From contig NMRA01000022.1 in the NCBI GenBank assembly GCA_002633005.1, forward strand, positions 1 through 64,000: DNA of 64,000 bases. The letters run 5' to 3'. Each line of letters opens with the position of its first letter. The first letter of the stretch is position 1. This DNA is from Phoronis australis (Eukaryota > Animalia > Phoronida). This document shows, piece by piece, positions 35,908 through 49,300 of the stretch. The notes below the pieces were generated by a model, which worked only from the letters and a program-made list of their open reading frames with translations, did not search any database and was not told the DNA's origin. The position numbers and the translations under genes are program-made.

Positions 35908-38900
35908 TTACTTAACAACAGTGCAGTGTCCTCTGAATTCATCATAGCTCATCTCACCAGAATAATTGACAATTAGGTGGAACAGTTTGGCTATGTCAAG
36001 GTCTCATAACCAGTTCAACCAACATTATTTCAAACAAGCTGGTGTACACAAACACACCAACCAGACACAGCATAATGAAGGTCATGATCTGTAGCACAAA
36101 AAGACTCATCCAATAACTTGTAACAGGAAGTCCCGATTCCCACCACGTTTAATTGGTTACATTTCGACAAAAAATAACTGTTAAACTTACTCCTTTGTCG
36201 TTTTTCAAAGTCTTCTAACAATGTGAACGTTTACATTTTTTAAAATATTATCGAATGGTAGAATGGTGCAGAACATGAACAAGGTTAAGTATTAATTGTA
36301 TGAAAAGATGAGAAAGTAAAATTCCAGTTGTCCACCAAACTGCGTCCTGAATTGGCAAAATCTTACAAAATAATCAAGAATCAATGAATTATATTTGTTT
36401 AAAAAAACTAGATTGGCTCCAGTTCCATAAAAATGAGAATTAATGTTTTGACAAAAAAGTTTATTTACTATTTGTACCTTATAATTAATTGAAGTCAAAA
36501 TCAAAAATGTCACTTAAAATAAATAGCATTCCTTCAAGTATGAAAATCACAAAGATGTTGCCAAGAGTAACACACTGAAGTCTCAAAATTTCCCTTCTAT
36601 GGCAAGACTTGAATTTCATCATCACAAGACATTGTCTACACCTAAAATCAAGTCAACAGGTTAAAACCTTGATAACATTAGCTCTGGTGTTTATAGAACA
36701 AAATAACGTCAAGCCGTTGTACACCACGTCCGGGGCCCGGCAGTCTAATTCTTGTATTCGAAATCAAACTCGAAATTATTTTTGGTAGTTTGTATTCTAC
36801 TTTTGAGCAAACTCAAAATAAATGTCTTTTCACTACATGCACACTTTGTTGGCATTGCAAAAATGATTGTGGTGCATTTTTCAGTGTTTGGGACACAATG
36901 CCTCCTTTCAGCATCAATTTCATGTGGAGAATTTCTCGCTTACACTGGTGGCCACTCTGATTCCCTAAGCCCCAGACAACTTTTACCATGCCTATTCAGC
37001 ACGCCCTTTGTATTGATGAAGATCTGAGCGAATGAAGTGGAAAGGTAATAGCTAGAATCACTGTCTCAACAATAGTTGTTGTTCATACCCCATTTTGGTT
37101 TTTTCTGACATTTGCAGAGTTATAGCCTGCAACTCTGGAGAGTATATTTTAACCTGGTACATTATAAATATTACAAAATGACTAAAAAGGTTAACTTGTG
37201 TTTATCTTCACAAAGGGCCACTTCCCAAAGGTTTGGTTTTCTTTATTTAACTTTTAATGCTTCTGCCCACTTGTTTTCTTTTCTTACCGAGAACGGGTTG
37301 ATAACTTTTTATCTAAGTTTTGAACATGAAGTATCAAAACAGTGGCAGATTTTGATTGCAAGCTAAACTTAATTAGTTAAGTTCACTGTGAGCCCATGCC
37401 TAAACTTACCACATTACAGGTGCACTATACATTTCACGTGTCATTAAAGTTTATTCTTTATTAGAACTTAAATCATAAAATATATACAAAAGTGCAAATA
37501 TGGTGATAACCAACTGAAGATTTGGAATCTCTGGACGATTTTGGTGGCACTGACTATGTAACTATTCTAGCTCTTTGTCAGTAATAAAAAAATGAAAAGT
37601 GGGCGCAACAACTGTTTCCTGGTCAAAAATCTGGTTAAACAAGATTGAAGAGAATATCAAAAAATGAATCCATGTGATATTGTTAACTCTGATCAGCGTT
37701 TGTATATCCACCCATTATATCAATAAGCGTGGTAGTTTGCATTTTGAAAATTTGCCATTACGTACACTCAGAGATTTTTAATACAGTTTATGGTCGGATA
37801 ATTACATTTAATTGGGACATGCTTGCATCGGGCAATGCGGTCATCACAATAATTGTACCTGATTCCGGCGCCGCCCTCTCTTTGATCCTGATACAAGCCA
37901 CTCAGAAGGACAAGCGGTGAAAATTCCCGCATATCTTTAGAAATGCGTGACTTCCTTGTAAGCGTATTATTCACGGTATGTTAACAATGCAAACATGTTC
38001 CAAACATGCAGAACCATTGTAGTTTGGAAACAACACCTTGTTTTCAAGCACAAAGGCGAATTCATGCAATTAGTGAATTATCCAATGCTGGAGTACATAA
38101 TGGCTCACCTTTACAACACTGTAATCCTTGTTTGCATTTTATGACCCCAACATTAAGACTAAACATTTTTACTTGAAATCCCGTTTTTGATCAAGTTTGA
38201 AGCTCAACTCTAGGGTCATAAAGTGCAAACTAGGACTAGAAACTGATTTACGTACATAACCCATAATAGACACTTATCTAATGTTGGAAGAAACAATAGA
38301 AAATGTTAAAAACAAGTGAAAAACTTAGATCCCAGTGGACCCTGGTATAAAAACATTACATTTCTTCCCAGGTGTTGTTGCTCTTCCAATGAAATATCGC
38401 ATGCCTTGGCCTCTTATTCTTTGCTTCAATTAAAAATGGTCACAATAAATCACTAGGGGTTCCCTCCAGGGCTATATTGCCTTGGCAACTGAAATTAACC
38501 CAGAATAAAAACCAACTTTGTGGGCCAAGGTTAACTGAAAGCGATAACCGCCTGCCGGTTGTTTTCAAGCATAGAAATCATTTTTCATCAGAGTACGGAA
38601 CAAGGCTAGACAGATTTCATAACAGTTCGTGGGCCTAAATAAAAAGTTATTTCATAACCGATGACATGGGTTTATTTAGCCATTTCAACAATTACACAAA
38701 GTTGCCAAGATGTAAAGAAAGGTCATGTTGAAGAAAACAAAAGTAAAACTAAAAACAAAAACATTTTAATGACCAAGTTATCAGACTCAGACACTCCACT
38801 GCTTCCTGTAGATTTGGGTGAATTCCAGTTGGTATTAACCTCCTCAGACATGACTTAGGTCTGACAAAAATGTAGACCAAAACAAGGTGAGCGCAACTTT

Positions 38901-40022
38901 AATCACCAAAAACTCGGGTGAACAGCATACGGAGACGAGGCTATTTGTTCTTCATGATGCATTTCATGAGAATGAACATGTTTTGACAACAATTTGCCCC
39001 TACAAACAGTTCAGGTGGTGAGGGAACAAACTGTTGACAAAAATTAGCCATTAACAGACGGCCTATCTACTTGGTTAAAGGGTTAGCATTTTGCCAGGAA
39101 AATGCTATTGTTTTCATCACAAAATGTCAACCTAGAATAGTGGCAGTTGCAGTACTAGTAGTAGTACTAATTAGTAGTAGTAGTGGCAACAAATTAAATT
39201 AAATTAATTAGGCCAAATTAAATTAAGTTACATTAAATTAAATATATAGCAACAAATTTTATTTGTAATATCACAGCTAATAAAGATCTAAAACATGAAT
39301 CTCAAAAGGAAACAAGGGTTCTGGAAAAGTAAAAAGAAAGGTTGTTTTATCAACACTTAATACAGAGCAACTAATTGGTAACCATGACAACACCGATGAC
39401 TGCCCTTCAAATAGCTTAATCAATACAAGGCAGTATGCAAATTTACACTTATAGCCAATGCTGGTATGACAAATGCTAAGAGTGGTTGTGTAATATATGA
39501 GCTATTCCATGTTTGTGAGCAGCCATGCCTACCGAGTTCCTGAGATGAATACTTGGCAAGACAGCACTAGGCCCACCCAATGTAGGCTTTAGAGTAAATG
39601 TCACCATGATGTTTTTTAGGTTCATGAGGGATCTAGCTAATGTTAATTTTGTTGTCTTGAATTAAACTCTTCTTTGTTACGGGGGGTACGAAAACGCATG
39701 CTATGATCAACCTAGTTTCCGAAATCTCAGGCTGCCTTTTGAGTTGGCACAGGCAAATAAGTAATGCATAACTTTGCACAACCAGAAATAGTTGTCGAGT
39801 TTTGGCGTGATATTAATTGAAATTAAATATACAAATTGTAGGCACTAGAACATGGAACGTGGCAACCATAAATTTAATACAAAATGCAGTAGTAGTTAAT
39901 AACATTTGAATCTACAAAATCCTTGCTGTAAAGGAGACAGAACCGTGGGTAAATCATGGATATTTAACTGGTACTTTGCATTGTGGGTAAATACTGCAAA
40001 TTTAGAATAAGATCCTCCACTG

Positions 40023-40090
40023 AACTGTGTAACTAAACAAGGCCACTCCAAACTAACTGTGTAACTAAACAAGGCCACTCCAAACTAACT
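40023..40090. repeat. 32-bp tandem repeat, about 2 copies
   Basis: AACTGTGTAACTAAACAAGGCCACTCCAAACT occurs twice. Confidence 0.85.
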
Positions 40091-41318
40091 TTAACTCCAA
40101 TACAAGGACATCTATAAAAACTGCAGTTGATCTTTCAGAACAGCTTTACTAGTTAAACACTAAAGTTAATACCAGTTTCTGCTCTACAAGTCTCCACAAA
40201 ATGTCAGAACTTGGCACTGCAACAAGTTTATCCACAATTGTTTTAAAAATACCGGTAATGAATAAACTGAATTGCTCATAGCGGTAGAATGGTGGATATT
40301 TGACTAAATAATTATCAAAAACTAAGAATATAAATCGGTAAATAGAACAACAAGAATGAATCAACTGAAATTTTCGGATGTAATAACTTCCTTTGTCAAC
40401 AGAATCAGAAACAGAAAACTAAGACAATAAGTGGAGTTACTGACAGCTTCATATACCTATACTTTCAACAGCAGTGAAGTCAACCTTTCACGAAGCGACA
40501 AAGTGTAGATCCTAGGGTTAAATCTACCTGATAACTACAAAATTAGCTAATGGTTTTAAATGAGGGACAAGAGTTAACCTTTCACACTGAATGATACTGC
40601 CTAGAACATCGACGTTGGTTTGAAGCGCCTTTCCGGCAGTGCGTTGGAACAAAACTCAATCAATGGCATTAGGTTTCATACAATAACAAAATATCAAAGA
40701 CATGACTGATATGTCAGCGAATATTATAAAAGATTAGGAATGCATTTGAAACATGAAGTATTAAAAACAGAATGTAACTACAGCAGACTTATTAAAAAAC
40801 AGAAACCACTGATAATCATCATGGACATACATATTTCGTGATTGTATTTTTATTACTGAACCTCACTCAACAATCCCCAAAATATATAAAAGTATAAAAT
40901 TTTGTCTTTTCATTTGAGCAGTCTCGTGTTGCTTTTCTGTTATTAGTAATCACCAATGGAGTGGAAACCTCACACCCCTCGACCCCTAAGATTAATGGAC
41001 TGCGCCAGCCAGACTGGACTCAACTGCTAAGACATACCCCTCCTTATAGTGGTTGAGCTCGTAAATAAACCAGTTTGTGATCATTCTGCTATCAGTCAAA
41101 AATCTGAGCAACATTCTTGTATTTTGAACACTACTGTCTGACACTTGTAAGTGTCTGGCCTCACCTGGGTGAACTAGGATAATAAAACAGCACAGGTAAG
41201 GATTTGACCTTTATAACAACTATACCTGTAGGATTGACAACTAGTGCATGAATTGCTTTTGAGATACTTCATGATTTAATCCTGTCTAACAACAGATAGT
41301 GGTTGAATAACTTATTTG

Positions 41319-43266
41319 TGTCCAGGTAGGACTAAACAATTACCATGGGGCAGGAGGGCAGGTAAGTTGAGGTATATATGCACAACATGGTGCTACTACT
41401 TCTAGTAGGAAATACACAAGGGTCAGCCAACTGCTGTGTAAAACAACATCGAGGGGTTGAACAATCTAGAAGAATTTGCTCAAAGCAAAATAACAAACTA
41501 CGGCACGGACATAAAAATTGAGTAGCAAGAGTATCAGGGAGATAGGGACGACAGAGTGCAACCAGAGAAATCAACAGTTTGCTAAGAACAGGGGTGACAT
41601 ATTTCACCATTTGCTTGCAGCAGCCAATCCTCTTTGTCTAAGTTTCAGTAGGTAATTCCGACTCAGTGTTGTAAATGTTACGACATTTTCAGTTCTGATT
41701 GTGTGAACTTAAGATCAGGGTGTTTTCATTTTGTACTTCAGTGTATTGACGTAGCTGGGTTAATTAAGGTTTATATGGAAAACTGTAAAATTCTAGTTTG
41801 AATTTGATGACCCCAGCATAGTTTTAGTTAGAGTCTGAACTCAAAATCTCGAGTTTTTACTGGGTTTGTTGCTCGAATCTAGGGTCATCAAGTACAGACT
41901 TGCACTAGACACAAATCTGAATAAACCAGGGCATACTCGAACACACAATTACAGACACTAATATCTCTAATTTGCATTAAAGTAGAACGGAAAATGCCAA
42001 AATAATCTCTAGTTTGTTTTCGAGGATTTCAAACATGATACATCAGCTGACAATGTGTCATCTGCAAAAAGAATCATCTTATCTTGTTGTCTGTTGATAT
42101 GAAGAGCTTACTGTCAGCAGGTCTTGTCAAATGTAACACAATATCTTATCTTGTTGTCTGTTGATATGAAGAGCTTACTGTCAACAGGTCTTGTCAAATG
42201 TAACACAATATCTTATCTTGTTGTCTGTTGATATGAAGAGCTTACTGTCAACAGGTCTTGTCAAATGTAACACAATATCTTATCTTGTTGTCTGTTGATA
42301 TGANTGTCCAGGTAGGACTAAACAATTACCATGGGGCAGGAGGGCAGGTAAGTGGAGGTATATATACAACATGGTGCTACTCCTTCTAGTAGGAAATACA
42401 TAAGGGTCAGACGACTGCTGTGTAAAACAACATCGAGGGGTTGAACAAACTAGAAGAATTTGCTCAAAGCAAAATAATGAACTATGGTACGGACGTAAAA
42501 ATTGACTGGCAAGAGTATCAAGGAGATAGGGAAGACAGAGTGCAACCAGATAAATCAGCAGTTTGCTAAGAACAGGGGTCACCATTTCCTTGCAGCAGCC
42601 AATATCCTAACGACTAAATCCTCTTTGTCTAAGTTTTAGTATGTAATTCCGACTTAGTGTTGAAAATGTTACGACATTTTCAGTTCTGATTGTGTGAACT
42701 TAAGACCAGGGTGTTTTCATTTTGTACTTCAGTGTATTGATGTAGCTGGGTTAATTAAGGTTTATATAGAAAACTGTAAAATTCTAGTTTGAATTAGATG
42801 ACCCCAGCATAGTTTTAGTTACAGTCTGAACTCAAAATCTCGAGTTTTTACTGGGTTTGTTGCTCGAATCTAGGGTCATCAAGTACAGACTTGCACTAGA
42901 CACAAATCTGAATAAACCAGGGCATACTCGAACACACAATTACAGACACTCATCTCTAATTTGCATTAAAGTAGAACGGAAAATGCCAAAATAATCTCTA
43001 GTTTGTTTTCGAGGATTTCAAACATGATACATCAGCTGATAATGTGTCATCTGCAAAAAGAATCATCTTATCTTGTTGTCTGTTGATATGAAGAGCTTAC
43101 TGTCAACAGGTCTTGTCAAATGTAACACAATATCTTATCTTGTTGTCTGTTGATATGAAGAGCTTACTGTCAACAGGTCTTGTCAAATGTAACACAATAT
43201 CTTATCTTGTTGTCTGTTGATATGACGAGCTTACTGTCAACAGGTCTTGTCAAATGTAACACAATA
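41319..43266. repeat. About 1-kb diverged duplication across gap N42304 (41319-42303 / 42305-43266), each copy ending in a 67-bp minisatellite
   Basis: Both copies start TGTCCAGGTAGGACTAAAC and differ by scattered substitutions and small indels. 67-bp units start at 42077, 42144, 42211, 42278 and at 43066, 43133, 43200. Confidence 0.9.
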
Positions 43267-46214
43267 ACACTATTGATTAATGAGGTCATTGATTTATCAA
43301 TACCTGTGATTTCCCTACTGTTATACATGAGCACAGATTCTACCTGTTGATATGACTGCACTAAACAAATCCCTTGTAAAAACTTTTACACAAGGATGCC
43401 AAAGAAGTGAAAAGTGGTTATGGAAATATTTGCCAGAACATTATGCCAGCGGGCCATTAACATAACTGCAGTTAGTAACATATTAAACCAAGTTACAAAA
43501 CACAATAAAAGTATTAAGAAAGGTATGCTGTTTTTGAGATTAACACAGTGTGAAGTGGTCTCCAGGTAACAGCTGGAAACGTTTAAATATTGAATGAAAT
43601 TGAGGGACCCTTTCCTGACAGGGCCCAAGAAAAATGTGCATGTTTGGCAAACTGCAGGACATCATATCTCAGAAAAAGTAACTTGTATCCATAAGAAACT
43701 TTACGATGCTATGCACTATACAATGGTCTGCAAAACACTATTAGGTATTGTTTTTGAAATGTTCCATTTTTGCATGAGAAGCTATCAAAAACTAGATAAT
43801 TAAGATAAAAAAATAGAACAGAAATTAACATGAAATGCTAAGGTGGTTCATGAGACAAATTGTGAATGAATACTGACATTTCCCAATAAATTATCTTCAA
43901 TGCCGTCAACAGTTGAGCAACTCGCTTTTGAGCCAAGGACTTAAAGTTTATTATTCTGGATGTAGTGGACTGTTATCAAGGTAGCCCAAGCAATGCTTCA
44001 GCAACACAAGAAAGCATGATGTAATGTTGTATGGGAACTTATTGACACGACTATGTATTTAGCTACCCATCTAAAAACTGTAGATTTTTAGGTTCATTTT
44101 TATTTCCCATCGTGCTAAAGAGGAACTCTTTAAAAACAATTCCAAATTAAAGTGTTTTGGAGAAAAGTGTATAAATCGTGTTATTAAAAAGTCGAAAATC
44201 AGATCAGCCATTTTGAGATTTAATGTTTAGAAGTTAGTCAAATTTGGACGTTTTCCTAAGGTCTTATATAACCTTAAACGCTCAAACACACCATCACCTC
44301 AAATGACAAGTGAAGTGGCGTTTTTGTGTCATGTTGCGTCAATGTGAGAAAAAAGCAACCAACAAATGGCCGATAGAAGTACTATTACTTTAGAATGTTC
44401 ACTGGTACCTACAGTAAAGGTATGTACCTGTGGCGAGATACGGGTCAAATAGAGCACCATGTACACGGGTGTTGTTCATAGCTAATCCAAGGATTCTTGT
44501 GCCAACGTAGACGAAAGTTGGGAAATGAGCCTAACAGTTACAGATGACAATATGTGCTCAGAGTGGTGTTCTCACTAAATTTAAATGTGATACCATTCAA
44601 TGTGAGCTTTAAAATTGATTTGAATTTGAAAGTGCTCTGCTTAGCACGTAAGCTTTTATATATTGTTAGACTTCTGGAGACACTTTAGTGGGTTTAGTAG
44701 ACCAGCTTCTAATAATTTTAAATTAATTAAACTCCAACAGTGTCAGTATATTCTGCTGATAATGTATATATTTACTACAATGAAGACGACACAGGGAGTT
44801 AGAAGCATTGAAATCTTCCATACGAAAACGAAATCACATGCCTTTAAATTATCTGACTATTTTAACAATATGTGTAGCAATTGAATTCTTGATCTCTGTA
44901 TAGTGGACTGTAGTAACATGTAATTTTAAAAGCCAGTAGTAACACATAATTTATATTTATTGATAAAATAAAATATACTTTTACAGTAGTGGTTATTTAG
45001 TTAAATACACAAACTTATCGATAAGGTTCTCGTCATCACCTTATAATCGCAAACATTTCTAAGTCTCAGGTAAGCACGCCACCCGTGGTCGTATCACGTG
45101 ACCTAGAAGCCATCACTTCGGACGTCAAGTCCTCGATTGCACCCGTAAGTTCGCCCGTTAAAACTTCAGCACTCAATTAGTTCTGTTTTGGGGCAGAAGG
45201 CTTGATTTTGCATACTTTTCCCTCGTGAACAATTCTTGACAGTGGGATAGACAAACACAATCGACATGGTTGCACTGAATGACAAACTGTCCGAGAACAG
45301 ATCCGCGCAATGGCTTAGTGATGACGTGATTGGCCAAGAATCCGTCATAAACTGCACATACTCGAAAGTGCAAACAAGTAAAAGCCAGGAAACGTACGTC
45401 TGGCCAGACTTTGGAAAGCAGCAAGTTAGATCCGGTGATAAAGCGTGCTGTTCAACCACAGATGAAATCCTCAAGGATTTTGTGCACTTTGGTAACTGGT
45501 GAAATAAGGTTCTCAAACACCGCAGGCACGGACTCATTACATGAGGGCTGTGTGCAAAAATATATTGATTGGCATCAGGCCCGACTATGCTGTCGACGAT
45601 AATTAATTCTAAACCAACAGTCGGAAAGACACATTACGCAACGTATCAGTGAGCGTGCACACAATCGCCGGTGTCAAAGACCGCTAACTCACCAAAGAAT
45701 GCCAGGGCGTGTGATGGCCGTGTACAAAATGACATCTGAGTAGCTGTGTGTGTGAGCATTTCTCATTGAAAAACTGGAAACTCAGCGAAGTATAAGCTGG
45801 AATCCGGTGCAGAGCACCCTGAGCAGTGACAAAAAGAAAATGACACCGAGCAATGCAGTTCCCATGAGACATTCACCCTACTTATAGAGTGAAGTTGGGG
45901 TAAAAGCAGACCTTATTCTCACGGACATACTAGTCACAAAACCAAACACGCTAATGCCTAAACCACGCCCACATGCATAACTCGCAAGATCCTCGTAATG
46001 ACACCTGTTGACATGGAATATAAGTCAGAAAAGATTTTTGCCCCAACCAACCGTGCTGAACAGACTTAGAAAATTTAATGTTTACGATACACAATTCAAC
46101 GCTGTTTAAAATTTATTTATGTATAACCTTAAAATGTTTCGTTACACAACATGTTTCATTTTAAAGCAGGCAAATATCATTGCGTTGTGTGCCCCAGTGC
46201 AGGCATGAGACTTA

Positions 46215-46530
46215 AGTACCGTCCACACACAGGCTTTACCCTAGAACAAGTTACCCTCCAAAAGAGTTGTCACTAGGTTTGAGTGCTGTCTGGACGGTAT
46301 TTAAACTACCTCAACTTACCACATTGTCGAGGTAGGGTACCTTGTACTAGGGTAACTTGCGCCACTTGTAATCGCTGTGAGGCCGCAAAAGTGGGGTAGG
46401 GCAGAACCAATTATCAGCTGTGACAGTCACGCACAGTGCAACAACTTTCGCCTTACCTTAGTTATCACATATCTGTGCGTTTGGACGATTGTGCAAGTTG
46501 TTCTAGGGTAGGCTGTGTGTGGACGGGAGT
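46215..46530. mobile_element. PIF/Harbinger-like MITE
   Basis: TIRs CCGTCCACACACAGGCTTTACCCTAGAACAA / TTGTTCTAGGGTAGGCTGTGTGTGGACGG; TTA on both flanks. Confidence 0.8.
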
Positions 46531-49144
46531 TTAGATTACTATAAAGGCACATTATCTATTCTTATAGTGAAGTTCTGTATGAGCACATTCATAGCATCAC
46601 TACTGTACAGTTGTTTCCTTACTTCACAATTGATGGACATATTTTGGGATCATACCATTCAGAACATGTTTTTTCCATTTCCAATCATAAATGCTGTTTA
46701 AAACATTGCTTTCATCATGGTCAAGATGATCGATAATAAGTGGTTATGTCAGAAGCATCCCAGTGCTATACAGGATGTAAATGAATGAATTAACAGAAAT
46801 CTTATGGCATTAACATTGATTAAAACAGCCTTGGGTAACTGACAAATTAGCTTTGCAGAGTTGTCAAATCACATGGGCAGTGAGGAGCGATTTGGGTTTC
46901 AGTGACTCATTCCAGAATTTGTCTGTTTGACATGTGTTCATAAAAAAGCAATTAGGGAACATCCTGACCTGTAATACAGCAGGCATGTGTGCCTAATTAA
47001 TTGTCCTCAGGCTCGAGGTGACATTAAACAATAGGATTGGAAAGGGGTATAAGTGGAAACAAGCTGGATTTCAAAGCAAATATTTAAATTTTAGACTCAG
47101 AAAATGGAGATTGTCAAAATGTGGTTGTGTTACACTAAAGTGTAGCTGACAATGGGGTTTCTTGTCAACTCAGTTGTATACTGTTATATATATATATAGA
47201 AGTGTGTGTTTACTTGCTAGTTAGGGGCTTTATATATATGTAATCTTGCCACATGATGAGTTTCAGGCCAGCTGATGTCATTCTGAGAACAAACATGCAT
47301 ACAATTATACGTATATTACGGTATGGCGCATGTTGCCAAAAAAACTCAGAGCTTGAGGCTTTTTGGTTTTAAGTGGATAATTTTTTCAACGAAAACTTTC
47401 AGTTGTCTTCCCAAACTATATGCACTGATTAAACAGATATAACCTGGATTAAACATAAACAATAAGATCAATTAAGTAGTTCAGAAATCTAAGTTCGTGT
47501 TGCCTAAAATTACATAATTTTTCACGAGTGGAAAAAACACTTACGTATTCGCCGTAATAACCGCCCAGGGCGCATAGAAAAGTTTGTTTCAGGGGGGCGC
47601 TTATTATAACCCAAGGCCGTTGAAACCGGGTCTCCAAAACGGGTGAAATCGGAATCTAAGATTCATTATATTTACTCTCTGTGACGTATCTGTAATCTAT
47701 GAAAGACTTTCTACAAAACCATGGTGCATTGCTATCAAACTTTGCTGCTAAGTTACGATCATTTACAGAAAATTGTGCTGAAATCCCATGGCAACATTGC
47801 AGGAAGTTTGATGGACTGAAGTTGTGTTCACATCAACTAAACCAGCTTTCACTATTTCACCTTATCCCCATCTTTCACACTGAGTTGTAACCTGTTCACA
47901 CCAAAGTGGTTATTACTTTTAAAGTAATTTAAAGGTTATACCTCTCCATCTGATCTCTATAAAGTGGAACTTGCATGCTAATTCCATATCTCTGTGACAG
48001 CTTGGTCAAATTAGTTAGAAACACAACTTATAACGACTATTGCAAAATATTTTCAAGAGCAAAGTTTTGTGTCAAAAATGATCCACCGTAAATCACTCAA
48101 CCGTGCCCAGTGAGTATCGAGACGTGGTGTTGGGGTATAACACTGCATGTTGCGGGCTATGTGAGCCGCCAAGGTTCATCATTAAGGCAAAGGTCGCCTA
48201 TTTGCAGAATTTTTTGTTTTCACATTTATCAGTTGTCAATGAATACAACAGTACTTTTTTAGCATAGGTGATGTTCTAATAATATTGTCGTTTAGTTCAT
48301 CCTATACATAAGCACAGTTAGGCGCATGCAAATGCATCTTGTAACAGAAGCACTTGGGTTATAACGCCTCTGCAAAGAAGGTTTATACCGGAGTTACAAC
48401 AGGCTTTAGCTATTCTCAACACAGCTTTAGACTACTACAAATATGGTCACTGCTTTTAATTACCATGGAGTTTTATTCCATACACAATGGATTATGACTT
48501 TCACAACAGAGCAGACTGTTTACGTCACTTTATTACTGCCTGGCAAAGTACATTCACTGGTGGTTATTATGAGTTATAGTTACGCTACAGTAACGTCTAC
48601 AAAAAATTTAAGCTGTTCACACTGGAAGCCATAAACTTTAGACTGGGTTTAAAATCAGTTGTTACCATTTTGGTCTCAGTGGTATTAAGGTCTTCTAGTA
48701 ACCATAGTGAACTGTATCCATCACTGTTTGGTGTTAATTATGTGAATATGGACACAAAACTGATGGTCTACATGGTTCTGTTACAAAGTTGATTTATGAC
48801 CTGCTTAGAAGATTGGAGTAATTATTTATCTAGGAGCAATAATTATACATTTGTTCTATACCTAGTTTTTGAAACAGTAACATTAAGTGTATATTTAATA
48901 ACGAAAGATCTAGCTCTGTTGACAAGTTCTACCCTTACCAGATTGTATAGGATTACATTTTTAAAGTCACAATGTCTACTGTATTTACATTATCCACTTT
49001 CAACAAACCAAGATCTCCTGACATTTAGTCAGAGGGCTGGAAAGGCCAAATCATAATTGTAAGTTAAGGGCGACGACAACTTGCGATATGTGGTAATGTC
49101 ACGTCATTTAGTCAGTCATAGTTGGAAACTCCTTGTTGGTTGCA

Positions 49145-49300
49145 TAATTATTGTTATTATTACCATTATTAATATTATCCTCAATATTACTACTATTAAT
49201 ATTAATGACAATATTATCATTACTATTATCGGTATTACTATAATCATTATCATTGTTGTTATCAATATTATTACTATCATTATCATTATTCTTATTATTA
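49145..49300. repeat. Degenerate (ATT)n microsatellite
   Basis: ATT/ATC/ACT triplet run; explains the poly-Ile ORF 49081-49317. Confidence 0.9.

Noticed and set aside
37768-37902. Cys-containing minus-strand ORF end (DQREGGAGIRYNYC...CIKNL*) as an alternative last exon
   Set aside because: An in-frame join needs a rare GAG acceptor; no homology recognised.
42077-43266. 67-bp repeats as a CRISPR-like array
   Set aside because: Units are contiguous with no unique spacers, there are no cas genes, and the context is eukaryotic.
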